A stretch of 48,978 nucleotides of DNA from Heteronotia binoei (taxonomy: Eukaryota): assembly GCF_032191835.1 (NCBI RefSeq), contig NC_083236.1:11222001-11270978 (forward strand), read 5' to 3'. Below, piece by piece: positions 46,977 to 48,978 of the stretch (its first letter is position 1; each line of letters opens with the position of its first letter). The position numbers and the translations under genes were made by a program. A model generated the notes under the pieces. The model made no database searches and was not told where the DNA came from. It saw only the letters and a list, made by a program, of their open reading frames with translations.

Positions 46977-48009
46977 CTAGCAGGCGGGGCGGAGGGGCAG
47001 CTGCAGCAGGATGACCTGCCTGTTCTCCGACGGGTGGCACTTGTTGATGTGGCGGGTGAGGCCGGGCGAGCTGTAGAAGGCGGCGGGGCAGTGCTTGCAG
47101 GGGAAGGCGTGCGCGGCGTGCAGCAGGCGGAGGTGGCGCTCCTGGCCGCTCTTGCTGGGGAAGGGCTCGCCGCACACCGGGCACGGGTGGCCCCCGTCGC
47201 CGCCCGCTTCGTCGGCCTCGCCGGGGGGCGCCTCGGGCTGCTGCTGGTGGACGGGCAGGTGCTTGCGCAGGGCGCTGGGGCGTCGGAAGCGCTTGGCGCA
47301 GCTGGGGCAGGCGAGCTCGTCGGGGGGCGGCTCTCCGGGGCCGGGGCTGGGCGAGTCGCGCTCGGGGGCGGCGGGGGGCGGCGGGGCGGCGGCGGCGGGC
47401 CGGGGCTTGTGCCAGCGGCGGTGCGAGGCGAGGTTGGCGGGGCAGCTGAAGAGCTTGTCGCACTCGGGGGCAGCGGTACTCGACGCGGACGATGCGGGAG
47501 CACTTGTGCTGGGCCAGGCCCAGCGGGTCCGGGTAGCGCTCCTTGCACAGCTGGCAGATGAACTCGCCCAGCGGGGCGGCGGCGGCGGCGGCGGGGGCGG
47601 CGGGGGGCGGCGGGGGAGCCCTCCTTGATGCGCAGGCCCAGCACGGGCGACGTGGTCACCTCATCGTCGAAGTGGAGCTTGCGGGCGGCCGCCGTCTTGG
47701 CCTTGCGGCTGCTGCTGGTGCCGGCGGCGGGCGGGGCGCGCTTGGGGGGGCTGCGGCTGGCGGCCCAGAGCTGGAGGTCCCCGGCGGGCGGCGGCGGCGG
47801 CGGCAGGAGCGGCTGGGGCGCGGGGAAGGCGGCGGCGGGGCGAGGCGAGGTGGCGGGGGCCGGGCCGGGCGGCGTCGGGGCCGTCGGGGCTTGCCGGGGG
47901 GCGGCGCGCAGCAGGCGGGCGGGGGCAGCGGCGGGCAGCAGCAGGGCCGCGCGCGGTACGAGAGGGGCGTCGCTCGGCGGCTCCTCTTCACCAGGAAGCC
48001 GCGGGGCAT
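46977..48009 (-). CDS. INSM1: Insulinoma-associated protein 1 (SNAG domain + 5 zinc fingers), intronless; four apparent +1 frameshifts in this sequence, about 342 aa if corrected
   Basis: ATG at 48009: [19 protein letters not shown] (SNAG); [22 protein letters not shown]; [56 protein letters not shown]; [14 protein letters not shown]; [22 protein letters not shown]; [45 protein letters not shown] at 46977-46979. These lie in different frames of the ORF track. Confidence 0.95.
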
Positions 48010-48087
48010 CCTCGGGCCGCCTCCCTGGCCCGGCCGCCGGCTGCTGCCTCCTCCGCCCCCCCAGTGGCCCCGCGCCGCCGCCGCCGC

Positions 48088-48212
48088 TTTTGAAGGGGGA
48101 GCCTGCCCTGGGCGCGCCTCCCGCTCCGCCCCGAGCCAATCAGCGCTTCCCGCCGCTGCTCCCCGCGCGCCCCGGCGGCCGGCGGGGGGGGGGGGGGCGG
48201 CAGATGCACCTG
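48088..48212 (-). promoter_or_regulatory. INSM1: INSM1 proximal promoter: TATA-like TTCAAAA, GC box, CCAAT box, tandem E-boxes
   Basis: ttttgaa 48088-48094; ccgcccc 48126-48132; ccaat 48136-48140; cagatg 48201-48206 directly next to cacctg 48207-48212. Confidence 0.7.
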
Positions 48213-48978
48213 AGAGCCCCGCCCCCGCCCCCCCCGCCCCCCCTGGCGCCGCCCGGCCTTTGTGTGCCTCGGGGGGGGGCGGGGCAGGGCCGCGGGGCTC
48301 CTCCGCCCCACTCCAGGCGCCAGGCGGGCCGGGGGGGCGGGGGCGGGGGGCAGGCTCCGTGGCAGAAAGGAGCCCCCCCTCTTCGGGCAGCGGCCCCGGC
48401 CCCGGGTCCCAGCTGCCCCCCCCCCGCCCCGTCCAAGGCGGGCTCCTTCCTGCCGGGCGCCGCGAGGGAGCGGGGGGGGGGGAGAAGGGCCTCTGCCGCC
48501 CGGGCGCTGTTTTCCTCCCTGGTGCTGAAGCGCGGGCGAGCGAGGCGCTGGGGCCGCAGAGAGCTGCGGGGGAAGGAGGCGCCAGCGGGAGCCTTTCGGG
48601 GCCAGCCGGGACGGGGAGCAACAGACAAGAGCAGGAGCCCGGCAGCGCCTGAGACGCGAGGAGAAGAAGCCCGGCTGGGCCCCCCCAGTCCCACACTCCG
48701 GGTCACTCAGCGGGGCCAGAACCCCAGAGCCCTCCCGCCGTTGGCCCCCAGGCCCCAAGGACGCACAGCGCCCCTGCCCCCCGCACAGGGCGCCCCCAGC
48801 CGCCGAGAGGCTCCTGCTCCGGAGCTTTCGGCACTCCCCCCCCCCTTGGAGCCGCCGGCGCTTCCTGCGGCAGCGAATCCCCCGGGCAGGGACTGGTGGG
48901 GCGAAGAAGGCCGCTTCGAAACCTCCCGCGCCTTCGTCTCATTGAGTGGCCACGAATTCTTGTGGTGTAAGAGAGGAA

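Larger units (their letters stand above)
46100..48978. promoter_or_regulatory. CpG island covering INSM1 and its upstream region
   Basis: Abrupt switch to very high GC with abundant CpG, in contrast to the CpG-depleted rest of the window (estimated by eye). Confidence 0.9.

Noticed and set aside
46977-48009. INSM2 instead of INSM1
   Set aside because: The C-terminus [16 protein letters not shown] and the N-terminal TP.SYR fit INSM1. INSM2 as recalled ends SESRQVLLLQMPLRPGC.
46679-48758. Long GC-rich ORFs on both strands (486, 369, 346, 256, 214 aa) as separate or antisense genes
   Set aside because: Stop codons are rare at this GC content. The only recognisable motifs are pieces of INSM1 spread over frames, and the rest is low-complexity Pro/Ala/Gly/Arg.

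Overview
Vertebrate genomic DNA, most likely a gecko (Gekkota), inferred from the repeat content: Sauria SINEs, Squam3-type SINEs, BovB, CR1, L2 and TAGGGTTGCCA-ended hAT MITEs. No prokaryotic or CRISPR system is present. The right end holds the intronless neuroendocrine zinc-finger gene INSM1 (minus strand, 46977..48009) in a CpG island, with its promoter E-boxes and polyA signal. As given, its CDS is broken by four apparent +1 insertions in G/C runs, probably sequencing errors. The left part probably holds the 3' end of the syntenic neighbour RALGAPA2 (plus strand): a 40-nt stop-codon exon at 7040..7079, a ~9.6 kb 3'UTR intron and a putative terminal exon from 16727. The rest is a nested transposon landscape: L1, L2, CR1, BovB, a Gypsy element containing a CR1 that contains a solo LTR, DIRS elements with a DAM-like methylase domain, and several hAT MITEs with 8-bp TSDs. 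The best leads are hAT ends resembling primate MER30 and MER1/Charlie3 (possible horizontal transfer), a CpG-rich 711-bp TIR element, a shortened INSM1 N-terminus, the NMD-boundary exon, and a palindromic RFX site in the intergenic region. Family names and reference sequences are recalled from memory and were not searched.
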